This document shows, one piece after another, positions 1 through 12,422 of a DNA stretch of 64,000 bases. The DNA lies in contig OX597822.1 of assembly GCA_951406725.2 (NCBI GenBank), forward strand, positions 7,874,001-7,938,000. The letters are read 5' to 3'. A program made the translations under genes and the position numbers. The DNA is from Octopus vulgaris. Its lineage: Eukaryota. The notes under the pieces are model-generated. The model was not told the DNA's origin and did no database searches. It saw only the letters and a program-made list of their open reading frames with translations. Within the stretch, counting starts at the first letter, position 1, and the number at the start of each line of letters is the position of its first letter.

Positions 1-128
1 ATCCAAAATACAATGTCTGCTTCTGAATATCATCATTGAAATTTAGATATTATTAATAAAAGAAATGAATATATTCCTATGTGATTTCGTATAATGATTT
101 GTTTAAGCTAAAACACGCAGGCGCACGA

Positions 129-178
<50 letters not shown>

Positions 179-518
179 GCGTACACACTCTCACACACAC
201 TCTCACAAATACACACGCACACTCACACATGGCATGGGAAATTGCGATCAAGAGAAAAAATATTCTCAAGATTATAAACCTGGAAAATTACAGGACAAGT
301 TATTACACTTGGAAAAGTTCAGGACAGCTTATTAACATCTGGTAAAGTACAGAACAGGAAATGTTTTACTTAAAATATTGCAGCTAAGGATAAAATTTCA
401 AATAATTTTATAGATATAGAAAATATTACCTTTTATTAATACTAAAAAATTTGATGTCATCTCATAAAAATTTATTACTTCTATTTGTTATTACTTGTTA
501 CTTCTACAGTTCTATATT

Positions 519-690
519 AAAGAGATGAGGAATTATGTACATTATTAACATTATTTACATTTGAAAATATTTGTCCTCATTTTGTTTATTGTTAACACAA
601 CGTTTCGGCTGATATGCCCACCAGCTTTCATCACGTATCTTGGGGAAATTTCGGACCTGGGTTCTCATTCCTAAGGTATTTTCGATGTTA
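519..690 (-). mobile_element. Penelope-type terminal-repeat fragment carrying a decayed hammerhead motif (594-639)
   Basis: Minus strand reads GATAC-GTGATGA-aagctgg..tcagcc-GAAACGTT-GTGTT (C3 of core mutated to G). A homologous copy in the opposite orientation lies at 45575-45745. Confidence 0.6.
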
Positions 691-2089
691 ATATTATTAA
701 TATCTATTACGCCATATGCCCACGGGCAAACATAAATAATGTAAACAATTGTTATTTCTATTAAACATTTTTAAAATGACTCAAAATGATTTTTTTCATT
801 TTAAAATTATTCATTTTTAAATCATTAATTAATAATTAGAAATTAGAAATAATGTTATAAAAATAGTAGTAGTACATAGTAAGTACAATAAAGAGAATAA
901 TACAAAAATTGGTATATATTACAGTAAAATCTGCTTATAACAACAAATTGACTATAAAATTTGCTTGAGTTGTTGCCTAGGATATTTCCATGTCTTCGCA
1001 TTTCTAATTTTGACTCAATGCCAATTTTTTGCATAATGAATTTACCTAGCATATATACTGTTCTATGTTGCATTTTTAAGTAATTTTGTATTTCTGAGTA
1101 TACTAGTGGGTCAATATTTTAACAAAATGACGGTACATTTTTAAAATTATAATGTTACTTTGGAAATTAAAATCAAATAATTTTTGATATGCAAATTTTA
1201 TATTTAGCTGCAATGTTTTAAGCAAAAGTTTTCTTGTTCATTACTCTACTAGATGTAATAAGCTGTCGTGAACTTTTCCAAGTGCAATACCTTGTCCAGT
1301 CATTTTCCAGGCTTATTATCTTAAGAATATTATTTCTCTTGCTCGCATTTTTCCATGTAATCTCTGTTTCTTTCCCAGACTATGTTATTATGATAATTAA
1401 TAATGTGTCAAACGTGTCAGTTAGCGGTGTCATTGATAATGTTCCCTTACCTTAATGACACCGGTGACATTAAAATGTATTCTCACCCTCAAATTAGAGA
1501 AACAGACACTCATAACTGTTTTTTTAAAACTTCTTTGCATGATATTGATACCATGAAATTCGTCGAATTGAGCTCTTAAATATAGTTTTTTTTTTATAAA
1601 TGAAAACGTTAATCATACTTAAATCCAATTTCATATCTTACTTATATTTTTTCATATTTTACCTCGTAACTTTTTTGATTCAAAAGTTTGTTGCATGAAT
1701 ACAAAACTATGAACTCCGTTATGCTTCCTTCTATCGTTGAAGCTACGATACATTTTCATTTCCTTTACAATAAAAAATGTTATTCAGATCTGAATTTGAT
1801 GTTGTAAACATATTAATGAGGAAGACATATTATTTCGTAGCATCTAATTATTTCATTTTACAACTTGGGTTTTACCAAGAATAATCAATGTTTTTTGTTC
1901 ATTAAGAGTTTTTTCGTCGATTGTAAACTAACCAATAATCTGGAACATTTTGCGAAATGCTAGATATTATCCACCTGCAATTAAGGGCTAATATATGTTA
2001 TTTATTCCGTGCTTAATATCCTATACGATAGGGTTCTAATAAAATTTCCATCCCATATTTATACCACCAATTCGCACTAATTTTGTGTT

Positions 2090-2368
2090 ATATTGCTAAG
2101 CGGAAGAAAAAAAAACCAACCGAGATTCCATAAGTTACGGGGAGTGAACCGAGAGAAGCCCAACACCGAATCTCGTCAGCCGGGCCGATCGTCGAGAGTT
2201 GTGGGGCAAAACTCGTACACGGTCGATCGTTTCGCCCGGCTAGGTTCGAAGTCCCTTCGATCGGGGCTGCTCAGAACAGGTGCCGGGCCCATTCGGAGCC
2301 GGCGGCGATCGGAAGTGCTCTTCGACCCGAGCGTCGTGTCGCTTGGGAACTTACTAGTGTGTGGTATT
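2090..2368 (+). pseudogene. 28S (LSU) rRNA 5'-end/D1 region pseudogene fragment
   Basis: Degenerate match to conserved LSU 5' motifs in order: ATATTGCTAAGCGGAAGAAAA-AAACCAACC, GAGTGAAC, GCCCAACACCGAATC, AAGTCCCTTCGATCG, GCTTGGGAA, GTGGTA. GC-rich island in AT-rich flanks with no other rDNA nearby. Confidence 0.85.
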
Positions 2369-4279
2369 AATATTTAATTTTGCTTAATTCCCTCACCTAA
2401 GTGAGGAGGTTAACTTAATTTAATTTAACTATGATAAGGCAAGCAAAATTAATGATATATTGAAAACAACTAAATTCTTTGTAGTCATCTCATAAAAATC
2501 ATAGCTTTTTTACGATATCAAATATTGATTTTTAAATATATTATTTCATTTATGTAAATATAGCTACAGTGATGACCTCTAATATCATAGCTGTCTACTA
2601 CATAGTTTCAATGTCCGGTTGATCTATCTCCTATTTAAGCTTTTAAAAATTGCATGGATCACATATTTCAGTCACTCTCAAAAATATACTATACGAGATT
2701 TTAATTATTCCGAAAATATATTTTAATTGGATTAAGTAAAAATAACTTCAGAATAAAGTGGCTGACATCGTGTATACAAACTGCTACCAGCATCGATTAA
2801 ATACTTATCAGTAATATATTATTCTCGATTCAACGAATTTATCGTTTTCCTTGAAAAAACATCAGCTTCAATGCACATTGTTGGTTTCTATAAATTTGGT
2901 TTCGTCTTATCTGAGAAAGAGGAACAGCAAACTTAACACTTTTTCAGGACTCTGCGCCCGGTGAAAGCATGTAACTGGTCTCAATCCTTGCACGGAAATA
3001 AAAACCTCTAAAAACTGTCATTTGTTTCGTGCTTTTTGTAAACAGTGCAAAACGGAGTGTACACTTACAAAGCCTCCACATTTTAGTTAAATACTTCAGC
3101 AAATTTTTCGATTTCCGATATGAAACAAATACATTATAATTGAAGTGGGCGAGAAAAATAAAAATTTAGTTAAAGAAGTAATAAATGAATCATATAATTT
3201 ACTAAATTTTGATCCAATATATTTGCTGATCCAATCGTAATTGTGTCAGCATTATCTCTCGGTGCGCTTAGCGTATAAGTTCAGTGTAGTGATTTAAAAC
3301 ACAGCTACGCGGCAACATATTAGGAGAGGAGACAGGACAGTTCATACTTTATAAGGAAATATCTCTTTCGCATCAAAGTTTTTTGGAAGGCTGCCAAAAC
3401 GGAATTTAAGGATGTGTAAAGAAATATATTCGATTATTAGGTCGAATATTCGGCATATACTGCTATCCAATAACAATTGTTATTTGGAAAATGAAACGCG
3501 GAATTTATACGTTTAAAGGGCATAGATTCTGTAGTTTGTTTTATTAGTTTCTTACACACGTTTGTATGTGTATGTATGTGTGTATGTGTGTGTGTGTGTG
3601 TGTGTCTGTGTACTTGCCTTCAGCATTTAGACTGCATCCATACTGGAAGCAGTGCTTTGAAGAACTTTAGTCAAATTGACAAATTTTCTTTCTAAAGGCC
3701 GGTACATTAGGAGTTACACTAGTTAAAAGTTTTGACATAATATCATGACAAAATTACAAGGAAGCCTTTTCCTTTTACTCTCTTACTCAAGTCTGATTCA
3801 ATAGACATGTCATTGTAACGCTTTTGTAACATATTCTGGTATAGCTGCCAAATGAGGAAAAGACTCTAAATTATGTTGAGCAAAAATATTTAAGTTCACA
3901 CAGTTTTAAACAAGATCCTTGATTATACTCTTTGCCAATGTGTTGATTTGTGATTAATTTCACGTTGATTTCGGTAGCAGCAATTGGAGAAGGGGTTCGA
4001 TGATTGAATTTTTATTGCTAAGAAAATAATTAACATGTAAAGTTTTTTTATTATTTATTTAAAGCCTTAATACTAAACAGACAATTTAACCATTCAGTAA
4101 CCCATAATTCTGCTTCATTCACAAATTAAATATTACAAGCACAGACACATTAACAGGCGCGTGATATTATATAATTATATGCGTGTGTGTGTATGTTTGT
4201 GTGTGCGTGTGCCTCAGTTTGTTTGTGAGTGTATGTGTGTAAGTGCGTATTTGTATGTATATACCTATGTAAATTCGTT

Positions 4280-4470
4280 TTCTCTCTTTATTTGATTCAG
4301 CCTTTAGACAGCTTCCATACTTGGAGCACCGCCTCCAAGAATTTTAGTCAAATGATTGGACTAAATCTCTTCTAGAGTTTGGTACTTGTTGTGTTGGTGT
4401 CTTTCCATAACTGCTAAGTTATGGGGACGTTAACACGTCAAAAACGTATGAAGCGTTGGTGTGAGACGAA
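4280..4470 (-). mobile_element. SINE family B, decayed 3' half
   Basis: GGAGCACCGCC and CTGCTAAGTTATGGGGACGT motifs shared with full copies at 16473, 26766 and 37745. A smaller relic lies at about 3612-3710. Confidence 0.65.
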
Positions 4471-4499
4471 TACATTCGTTAGCTTTCTTACAAAAAAAT

Positions 4500-4722
4500 C
4501 TAATGCTCTTAGCTTAGGCTTTTTGATGAGTAACCAGATCGAACAATCTCAAGTGTAACTACTCGAAAATGTAAGGACATCTGGTAACTTGACTAAAGAA
4601 AGAAGGCCACGAATGACCCGTCCTTTTCTTTTCCTGACCCTCGCATTGTTGTTTTTCTTGTCCGCTTTTGTATCGTCTATCTCTCCGAATATTATATTGT
4701 CCTCTATTGTACGTTTATTACA
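4500..4722 (+). mobile_element. Probable Penelope-type terminal fragment with decayed hammerhead-like motif
   Basis: TTGATGA-gta..tactc-GAAA-ATGTA-aggac at about 4523-4578, followed by a pyrimidine-rich tail and (TA)n. Confidence 0.4.
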
Positions 4723-4723
4723 C

Positions 4724-4759
<36 letters not shown>

Positions 4760-4791
4760 CTAAACTGGCAAAAATGACCATTCCGAAATAT

Positions 4792-4837
<46 letters not shown>

Positions 4838-5007
4838 CAACAATTAAGGGTAAAATTAATTAATTATTAATCAATTTCACCAAGTGTTCAGTATGCAAAG
4901 GGACCATTTAAGGCGAATTCAAATTATTTCTAATGAGTTCAGTATGAATTCAATTATTTCTAATGAGTTCAGTATGCGGCAAAGTAATTTATTTTACTAA
5001 GCCCTTT

Positions 5008-5093
<86 letters not shown>

Positions 5094-5094
5094 G

Positions 5095-5320
5095 TATGTG
5101 TGTGTGAGTGTGTGTTTGTGTCTATATTTATCCTCATACCACCACTTGATAACCGGTGTTGATGTGTTTGCGCACCTGCAACCTAGCGGTTCGGCAAAAG
5201 TAACCGATAGAATAAGTAGTAGAGTAAAATAAATTACTGGGGTCGTTACATTCGACTGAAGATTCGAGGTGCTGCCCCTGCATAGATGCAGGCTAATGAC
5301 TAATACAAATATAAAAGATA
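5095..5320 (+). mobile_element. SINE family B, 3' half
   Basis: CTTGATAACCGGTGTTGATGTGTTT..TAGCGGTTCGGCAAAAG..ACCGATAGAATAAGTA matches the other family-B copies. Confidence 0.75.
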
Positions 5321-5639
5321 AAACATACACATATCTTTGTATTTCTGTATCAATGTATCTCCACACATACGCATATATGCATACAAATATTCATATTTAC
5401 GTTGTTTGATATAATTTTGGAATATTAATTGGGGAATCAAAGCACATTGAGAATATATTTTGATACTGAAAAAGTTTTTATATTCTTGGCGGATCAAAAT
5501 AGCAAGCATTTATTTTCGTAAGATGCATCGATATGTATTTGATGATCCATCACATCTTTTTTTTGGTGGTGGGAGGCTTTTTCTCAAGAACAGAGCTTTA
5601 AGTATTGGTGATCAGTCAGCGGCTGTGGAGAGCATAATG

Positions 5640-6240
5640 AATGTGTCATGATTCTACGCGCCCGGCATTAAGATGCCGACATCATGGCTGCTGTTCAAAA
5701 TTCTATGAACACTGAAAATGCTGTAAAATGTGATGTGAAAAGCTGCAACTACGAAGCTGTGCTCGGAAGAAAGACTTTATTCGGTTGTGTCTCTAGTGCG
5801 GATGATGGAATGCTTCCACACAGCTTTGAACCTGGCCTTAGAGTCAATTCAGTCGGTTTTGTGAAGCTGCTGGAGATGGGTGAAAGATTACTGCCGGAAG
5901 GCAGATTCGGTTCCTTCGAGAAATTCAGTTTTGGTTGTGGGAGTATTTTTACGACTCCACTAACTCCATTTTCTGATCTAATTCCTCTGATTGTAAACAC
6001 ATGGATTAATATACGGCACACCAATCGTACTACTTTGGACATTTGAATACAAAAACCGATAAGTTGGCCAGGAGCAAGGAAGTGTTCGAATATTTTCTCT
6101 ACGCTACTACGAGAAAGGCATGCGCCAGATTTCGGAGTCATTCTGTGACTGTGTTGGAAGTTGAGGGTGGCTACTTGTAATAAACTGTTATCTCCACGTC
6201 ATAATCAAGCTGAGAGTTTCTTTTTTCCTTTTCGTAAATA
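5640..6240 (+). mobile_element. Decayed Tc1/mariner-superfamily (DD37D/maT-like) transposase remnant
   Basis: Translation LFGCVSSADDGMLPHSFEPGLRVNSVGFVKLLE, a TPFSDLIPL (PxSPDxNP-like) motif and C-terminal KACARFRSH..VLEVEGGY resemble DD37D transposases. Frameshifted. Confidence 0.6.
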
Positions 6241-6469
6241 TTTTGAGTTTTCGAGGGAATATTGCGTTTTTCCCCCTTTTAACCAAGGTGTGAAATTTAG
6301 CCAGAACAACCTGTGCGTAAACTCATTACCACGACATAATGTGGGAAGAGGGAAATGCATCACTTTGGTTGTTCCAATGCGATAGTAGAAGGTACTTTCC
6401 AACTGAACCCCGAACCAGCAAGCATTTTACCGCAATGCATCAATCCACATTAATAATAAGACAACTGTG

Positions 6470-6895
6470 TATATATAAGCAATAGTAAATCTGTGAGCGA
6501 GATGTAAGCAGTAAGCGCTCGACAACGTAAAGTATACTAGCCATCTTAGTATGACTAACCATCTCGCTCAGAGATTTATAATTGCTTTCAGACCGTTTTT
6601 CGAAATCAGTGACAGTGGTTACTGGAAAAACATTAAATAGATATTCGCAAACAGGTCTCTCTTATCGAAAACCCGTGATTACCGTGCGTCGACAAGGGAC
6701 AATAATCTCGAAACTGCAGTCCATGCGTATCTCTTACGCTTTCGAGAGGGGATGACCTCCCTTTGCGAATATCATTAAAGGGCACAGGATTGTGCTTAAA
6801 GCCAGCTGGAGACGCTGATCTCCTGGGGCTAAAAAGCTACAGTAACACCCCCACCCCTAGTGGTTAGCCATATTAAGATGGCTAGAATACTTTAA
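6470..6895 (+). mobile_element. Penelope-type terminal fragment with nested inverted repeats and decayed hammerhead (6683-6727)
   Basis: Inverted pair 6529-6561 / 6861-6893 and a second pair about 6478-6504 / 6560-6587. Motif TCGACAA-ggga..tctc-GAAACTGCAGTC-catgcg. Abuts (TA)n. Confidence 0.55.
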
Positions 6896-6896
6896 G

Positions 6897-6931
<35 letters not shown>

Positions 6932-7574
6932 CCACATACATATATGTGTATACACGTTTGTGGACATATGTTATCATGTGTATGTCTTGTACAATGTTAT
7001 CACGATGTGAGCCATAGATATCAATACATAGATAAGGGTTATTGTATGTTTAATACACTCGATAGGATTAATGCTTATAATGTTTCTTCAGTGATAGTAA
7101 ATGATGGAAATAGGAATAACTGTTGTCATATGTTTTTATTATATTTGATATCAATTGGGATTTACATTGGATTAGATATACAAAATTTCTTTTGTCCCAA
7201 GCAGCATCCCGTTTTGAGAACTTTATATGACAAAAGGAAAAAATATTTTACATTGTGATAATAGAAGCTGAATTTAGTCCATTGAAGCAACAACACAAAT
7301 ATTTAATTTTACATTTATTTCGATCATTGTATGGGAGGAAATTTTGATTAGAGATTGTGTGTAGATAAATATTAACAAAAGCTATATACCCATTCGGAAT
7401 TTGAATATTTTAACATTGATATTCACCAAAATTCGGCACCTGGTATATATTTATGTGTGTTTACTTCATTAAAATCTTTTTGTTTGTTATTCATTGATTT
7501 TGAAAGAAGCGAGCATTAAACATATAGGAATTTTCGAAACACTTCCCTTAACGAATACCTTCATATAAAGCTAT

Positions 7575-8397
7575 ACAATCCGGAAAAGCTGGTACTTTCC
7601 AATACCCCATCATTCCATATGTTTACAACACCTGAAAATTTCAGATCGGAAATTTAGCTGTGGGAATAAGTACTTAGATCTAAAGAGCATCTATGCACAG
7701 CAAGACAGCGGACCCACCACACCTGTCACTTTTGAAATCAGGCTGGGAATTCGTGTTCCGTAAGGTAGTCGACGACCTTCCGCGATTCGCTCTGTTCTCG
7801 ACAACGGTGTTAAAATGCCGACCTTTGAGCTGCATTTTCAACTTGGGGGAGAGATGGAAGTCTACAGGTGTTAAATCTGGCAAATAGGGCGGGTGTAGAA
7901 GCGACACCATTGTGTTTTTGGCAAGAAACTCACGATTGAAGAGAGTTCCGTGCATTGTGTTCTTCAAGGATCAAATTCTTTGTACTTTACATATCCGGTC
8001 GCTTTTACCGAATGTCCTGAATCAAACGAATCGTAACTTCACAGTAGATCTCTCGAATTCGCGAGGCATAATCCGCGAATGTCGAAAGCAAAAATGAGAA
8101 TGCTCTTGACTGAGTTGCGTCAAGAATCGTTTCAAAGAAGTTGATACTGATATCTAGGTTTGCCTGTTGAGCTGCGTATTCTAAGTACTCAGCCATGTCC
8201 TCACGATGCTTCATCCAAACCCCTTGGGGACGGCCAAGTTGACACATGTTCAGTATAACTGCAAAAAGTTACAGAGTATCCCTGGAGAATCAGATACTGA
8301 TGCTTCAGTCTATGCAAGGTCCCAATGCTAGGTCAAATTATTCGTGGATCCGTAGTATGGAAGCAATTCGCGCTGTAGCTTCGCGTGAAAAGTGAAC
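7575..8397 (-). mobile_element. Decayed, internally deleted mariner (DD34D) element
   Basis: ORF 7680-7967 has LLHPPYLPDLTPVDFHLSPKLKMQLKGRHF (HPPYSPDL motif). N-terminal HTH-region relic at 8005-8247. Confidence 0.85.
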
Positions 8398-8411
8398 ACA
8401 CACACACACAC

Positions 8412-8444
<33 letters not shown>

Positions 8445-8555
8445 AATTCGGGGTGAGTACTTGATAATTATAAGCACCTGTGTATACCGTTTGGTGGTGT
8501 AGGTGGTGGAGTAAATTGATCAAAAATAAAATAAAAACATGATGCGAAGGATTCA

Positions 8556-8633
8556 GCGGTACATATGTTTCGGGCCTTTATTAGACAGATTTATAACAAT
8601 GCATAATGTATGTCTGAGGCCTTCTTCAGCCGC
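8556..8633 (-). ncRNA. Type I hammerhead ribozyme in the Penelope-like element 3' repeat
   Basis: Minus strand: GCGG-CUGAAGA-aggccucagaca..ugucuaauaaaggccc-GAA-ACAUAUGU-A-CCGC. Intact core, 4-bp stem I, extended stem II, palindromic stem III, GUA cleavage triplet. Confidence 0.85.
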
Positions 8634-10084
8634 GCACAACAGCTTCCACAAGGACATGTGTTACATCAAAAATTCTTGGTTGGGGATGCAAATCCTCTCA
8701 TTCACGTACGACATAGTGCGGCAGCAGCATAGAATTGAAGCGTCCATTTCTTTCTTCTCTCAATGTAGAATGAGGAAAATTGGATGTTGAGGTAATGTAA
8801 ATAAATAAATACATATATAGAGGTGAAGATGGAGGGGCGAGAGTTCGGGATGAGGGATAAAAAATGTATAAAAAGTGTAAGTATAGAATAATATAAAAAT
8901 GTAGAGGATAAAGATATAAAGAGTTGTAAGGAGATGTAAAGGGGGTATAAAGAAATATAAAGAAATATAAATAAATGTAAAGGCATAAGGTTATAAAGTA
9001 AAAATAGAAATAGAGATAAAACCATGATAAAAGTGTAAAAGAATGTAAAAGAATGTAAAGATAAGGGATGTATAGAGGTTACGGACCAAGCATGGTGGTC
9101 AGGAGATTGATAAAATTTAGTTGTAGAATTGTCAGTAAATCAACAGTTTCGTCTGGGGACTTAATGCGTTGTAAATCAGAGCTGATGAGCATTTAATCTG
9201 GTTCCTTGAATTAAATGGACTTCTAGTACATACATATCATTATGGATACATACACCCACATACACGCGTACATATACGCCTCCAAGTCTATAAGCATACA
9301 CACGCACTCGCGTGTAAACACGTACATAAACACACACGCACCCACACGCACGCGCGTACACACACATACATACAACAGAATATCCGCATGTGTACACGGA
9401 CATTACGCGCGTACACGCTCACATGTATATACGCGCGCCCATCACTACATACACACACGTATATGCCCACGCCCCTAGGTCCAGGTATAAGATATTAAAG
9501 GATGTGTATAGGAACGTAAGTAAAGAATCCCGTACTCATGTCAATATGCGCACGCACACACGGCTGTGTGTCCGTATGTGCGTGCACACATACACTCATA
9601 CACACACACACAGAGAGAGACACACGCGCACATGGGTATAGCTATAAGATATCGGAGTATGCATGTACATATATGCGCGTGCATATGTATGTATGCGTAT
9701 ACACACGTACGCGGACGCTCGTATATTCAAAAGGTGGATCCATAGTTAAGTAAATAAACATATATAGAGGTGTAAAGCGATAAGTTAGGGGTAAGAATGA
9801 GGGTAAGGGTAAAGATTAGAAATAAAAAATACAGTATAAAATAAGAAATACAATGTAATAGTTAGAAATGAAGTATAAGAATTATAAAAATTATAAGAGT
9901 TAAGGTAAGGGATGAAAATGAAAATGAGAATAAATGGAAGTAGAATAAAAGTAAAAATAAAATTAAAAATAAAAATAAATGGAAGTAGGATAAAAGTAAA
10001 AATAAAAGTAAAAAAGCGGGATGTGCTGGAGCCGACAGGTTGCACCGGGTGGGAGGAAATTGCAAGGGGGAGTTGGTATAAGAC

Positions 10085-10700
10085 CTAAGCATTGTAGTAT
10101 TTGAAAGTATTAATAAGTTTATGTATACAGGATGGTTTGAACTCTGACCTTTTGTTAATAAGATTGTGTTTGTCTTTGAATTTCAAGATGTTCAGGAGTT
10201 CTACACAGCATAGTTGGCATCCTGCTCTATTATTTAAATAAGGTGCAGCTGATCCGATGATGGACCATCTGAGTTTGAAGTCTATGCATTTGTCTTTTAA
10301 TTCCCAAATTCTTTTAGAGAGGGAGGTGCTGTTAGCCTTATGTCTGTGTCTCAGCGAGGACCGGTGGTTGTAGTATCTGGATTTCCAGGAGGTTGAGCAA
10401 CCAATATAGGTGAGTGTGTTAAACTGAGTACTCACCTCACATGAGTATATTACGTTTTTCGCCCTACATGCGCCCTGCAGCGGGCACTCTGATGCACATC
10501 TGCAGTTGCATTGCATTGCATTATTCGGTCGTGTGCTGCTAATCCCAGGCGGAGGTGTTGCAATACGAGTGGGGGCGTTGGTATCCTCCTGGTTGTTGAT
10601 GGGTGTAGTATTTCCTCTGTTGTGTTGGCGGGTGTTATTACTAACTGTTTGGGTAGTATGGCTGCCAGTCTGGTTATATTGTCTACTGTCTAGATGAGGG
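10085..10700 (-). CDS. Linker plus GIY-YIG endonuclease domain of the Penelope-like element
   Basis: CNCRCASECPLQGAC (CxCx5C), VIY..YIG, KSRYYNH, CQLC..E, LINKRSE..CIH. The frame is open upstream of the tracked ATG back to about 10700. Confidence 0.9.
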
Positions 10701-11947
10701 GGTTCTGTTGGTCGCTATGGTTTGCTCTTGATCTAGCTGTTCTAATATTAATATAGTTATTTTTAGCTATGAGGCAGCTCATGTTGGGCAGGGTAGAGTA
10801 GGAAATCCTAATAGTTTTGTTGGAGAAGATACTTCTATACTTGTGGGTGGGTGGGAAGTTGTTGGAAATTATAGAGAATATTCTCTTACATAACTTACCC
10901 CTAACTGCTAAGTTGAAAGGTATGTTGAACCATATATATTTGCGTAATCTACTATGATCCCTTCTATTTCTCCTAATAGGATCTATATTGCTCTCGTCGG
11001 GAGGGTTACTATTGTGTGCTGTTCTATTAGTTCGCCTATTTCCTATACGTTGTTTGGAGTTTAAATTAGAATTATCGCTAGTGTGAGTTGAGTGCTGAGT
11101 TCGATTATAATTGGGAGTCTTATGGCCGACGGACGCTCCCGGGTGGTCTACATATGATATTCTCTGGTTATACCCAGCACTATAGAGAGCCTGGTTGTAG
11201 TGTTGTGCATGATTATTGAAAATTTCTCTATTAGAGGATAGTTTTGTCAGTCTGTCTGAGATGGCTTGGACCGTGGTGCTAATTATACAGGGTGGATGGT
11301 TGGAAGAGGTATGGATGTATTTGGTAGTTTCTTCTGGTTTCCTATACGGGTAGTGAAGGTGCTTATTCAAATCTAACGTAACATCTAAGAAGTTTACTAT
11401 TTTAGTATTGGTCATAAATTCTAGTTTAAGATCGAAGGATTTGAAAAAAAGCCTGATCTTTTTCCTAATTCTTTCTAGTTTACTCCTATTGTTGGTGGGG
11501 TATATGAAGAGAGCGTCGTCTCTGTATAGACCCCCCTGAAGATCCGGTACCTCGGAGAAAAGCTTCTTGAGCAGGTAGGCCCCGACCAAGTCAGTCACCT
11601 GAGCTGAATCGCTCGAGCCCATAGCCACATCGAAATTGTCGGGGGTATCGGATCTGGTCCAGAGTCTACCGTCGAATTCTATTATGGTTTTTCTAGCTAA
11701 TAGAATTATGTCAATTTTTTCTCTGTCTATGAGTGAAAGGTTGCGGGCAAAAATAAGGGATTTGTTAAGTAAGATGGGGGATATACTGGCGTAGTAGCTA
11801 GCTATGTCGAATTGGATGAATGAGTAGTCGGGCCTATTGGTGATAGTGTTAAACCATTCTAGCACATCGTTGGTGTTAATCCATAGTTGGAGTGGGATGT
11901 GGGGTTTGATATGTGGGATCACCTTGTCCAGGATGGTCTTGCTAAGT
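10690..11947 (-). CDS. Penelope-type reverse transcriptase (N-terminally truncated)
   Basis: FIQFDIASYYASI, FDVAMGSSDSAQVTDLVG, GGLYRDD, VNFLDVTLDL, YIHTSSNHPP. The tracked start MMRR is supplied by the inverted tail. Confidence 0.92.
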
Positions 11948-11977
11948 CTTCGCATCATGTTTTTATTTTATTTTGAT

Positions 11978-12107
<130 letters not shown>

Positions 12108-12109
12108 AA

Positions 12110-12422
12110 ACATAGTAAATATGGTAATAAAAAAAAATTATTATTACCAGTGACCTAGCACAAAAGACGAATTAGTCATTAGACTATACGTTATTCATAT
12201 ATAAATACATTAAAAGGCTTCCAAATAAAGAAGCAAGTGCTAGATACACAAAAAGGGAATAAATTCATGAAATGGAATGAAAATCAAAAACGTTTACCAT
12301 CTCAGCTAATCCTGTACTGCAGTTTCATTTTTTTTTTACAAATGAATACATTTTATCTGCCAAGGCCAGATCCCCTTTTTGTGTATCTAGCACTCGTTTC
12401 TTTATTTGGAAGCCTTTCAATG

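Noticed and set aside
9146-9226. Second hammerhead candidate (CTGATGA plus hairpin on plus; GACGAAAC on minus)
   Set aside because: The two core halves are on opposite strands and neither strand has a complete core.
9980-10516. Possible selenoprotein-type Naiad (in-frame TGA plus SECIS)
   Set aside because: Cysteines of the CxCx5C motif use TGC/TGT, there is no in-frame TGA, and no SECIS-like AUGA/GA stem is evident right after the stop.
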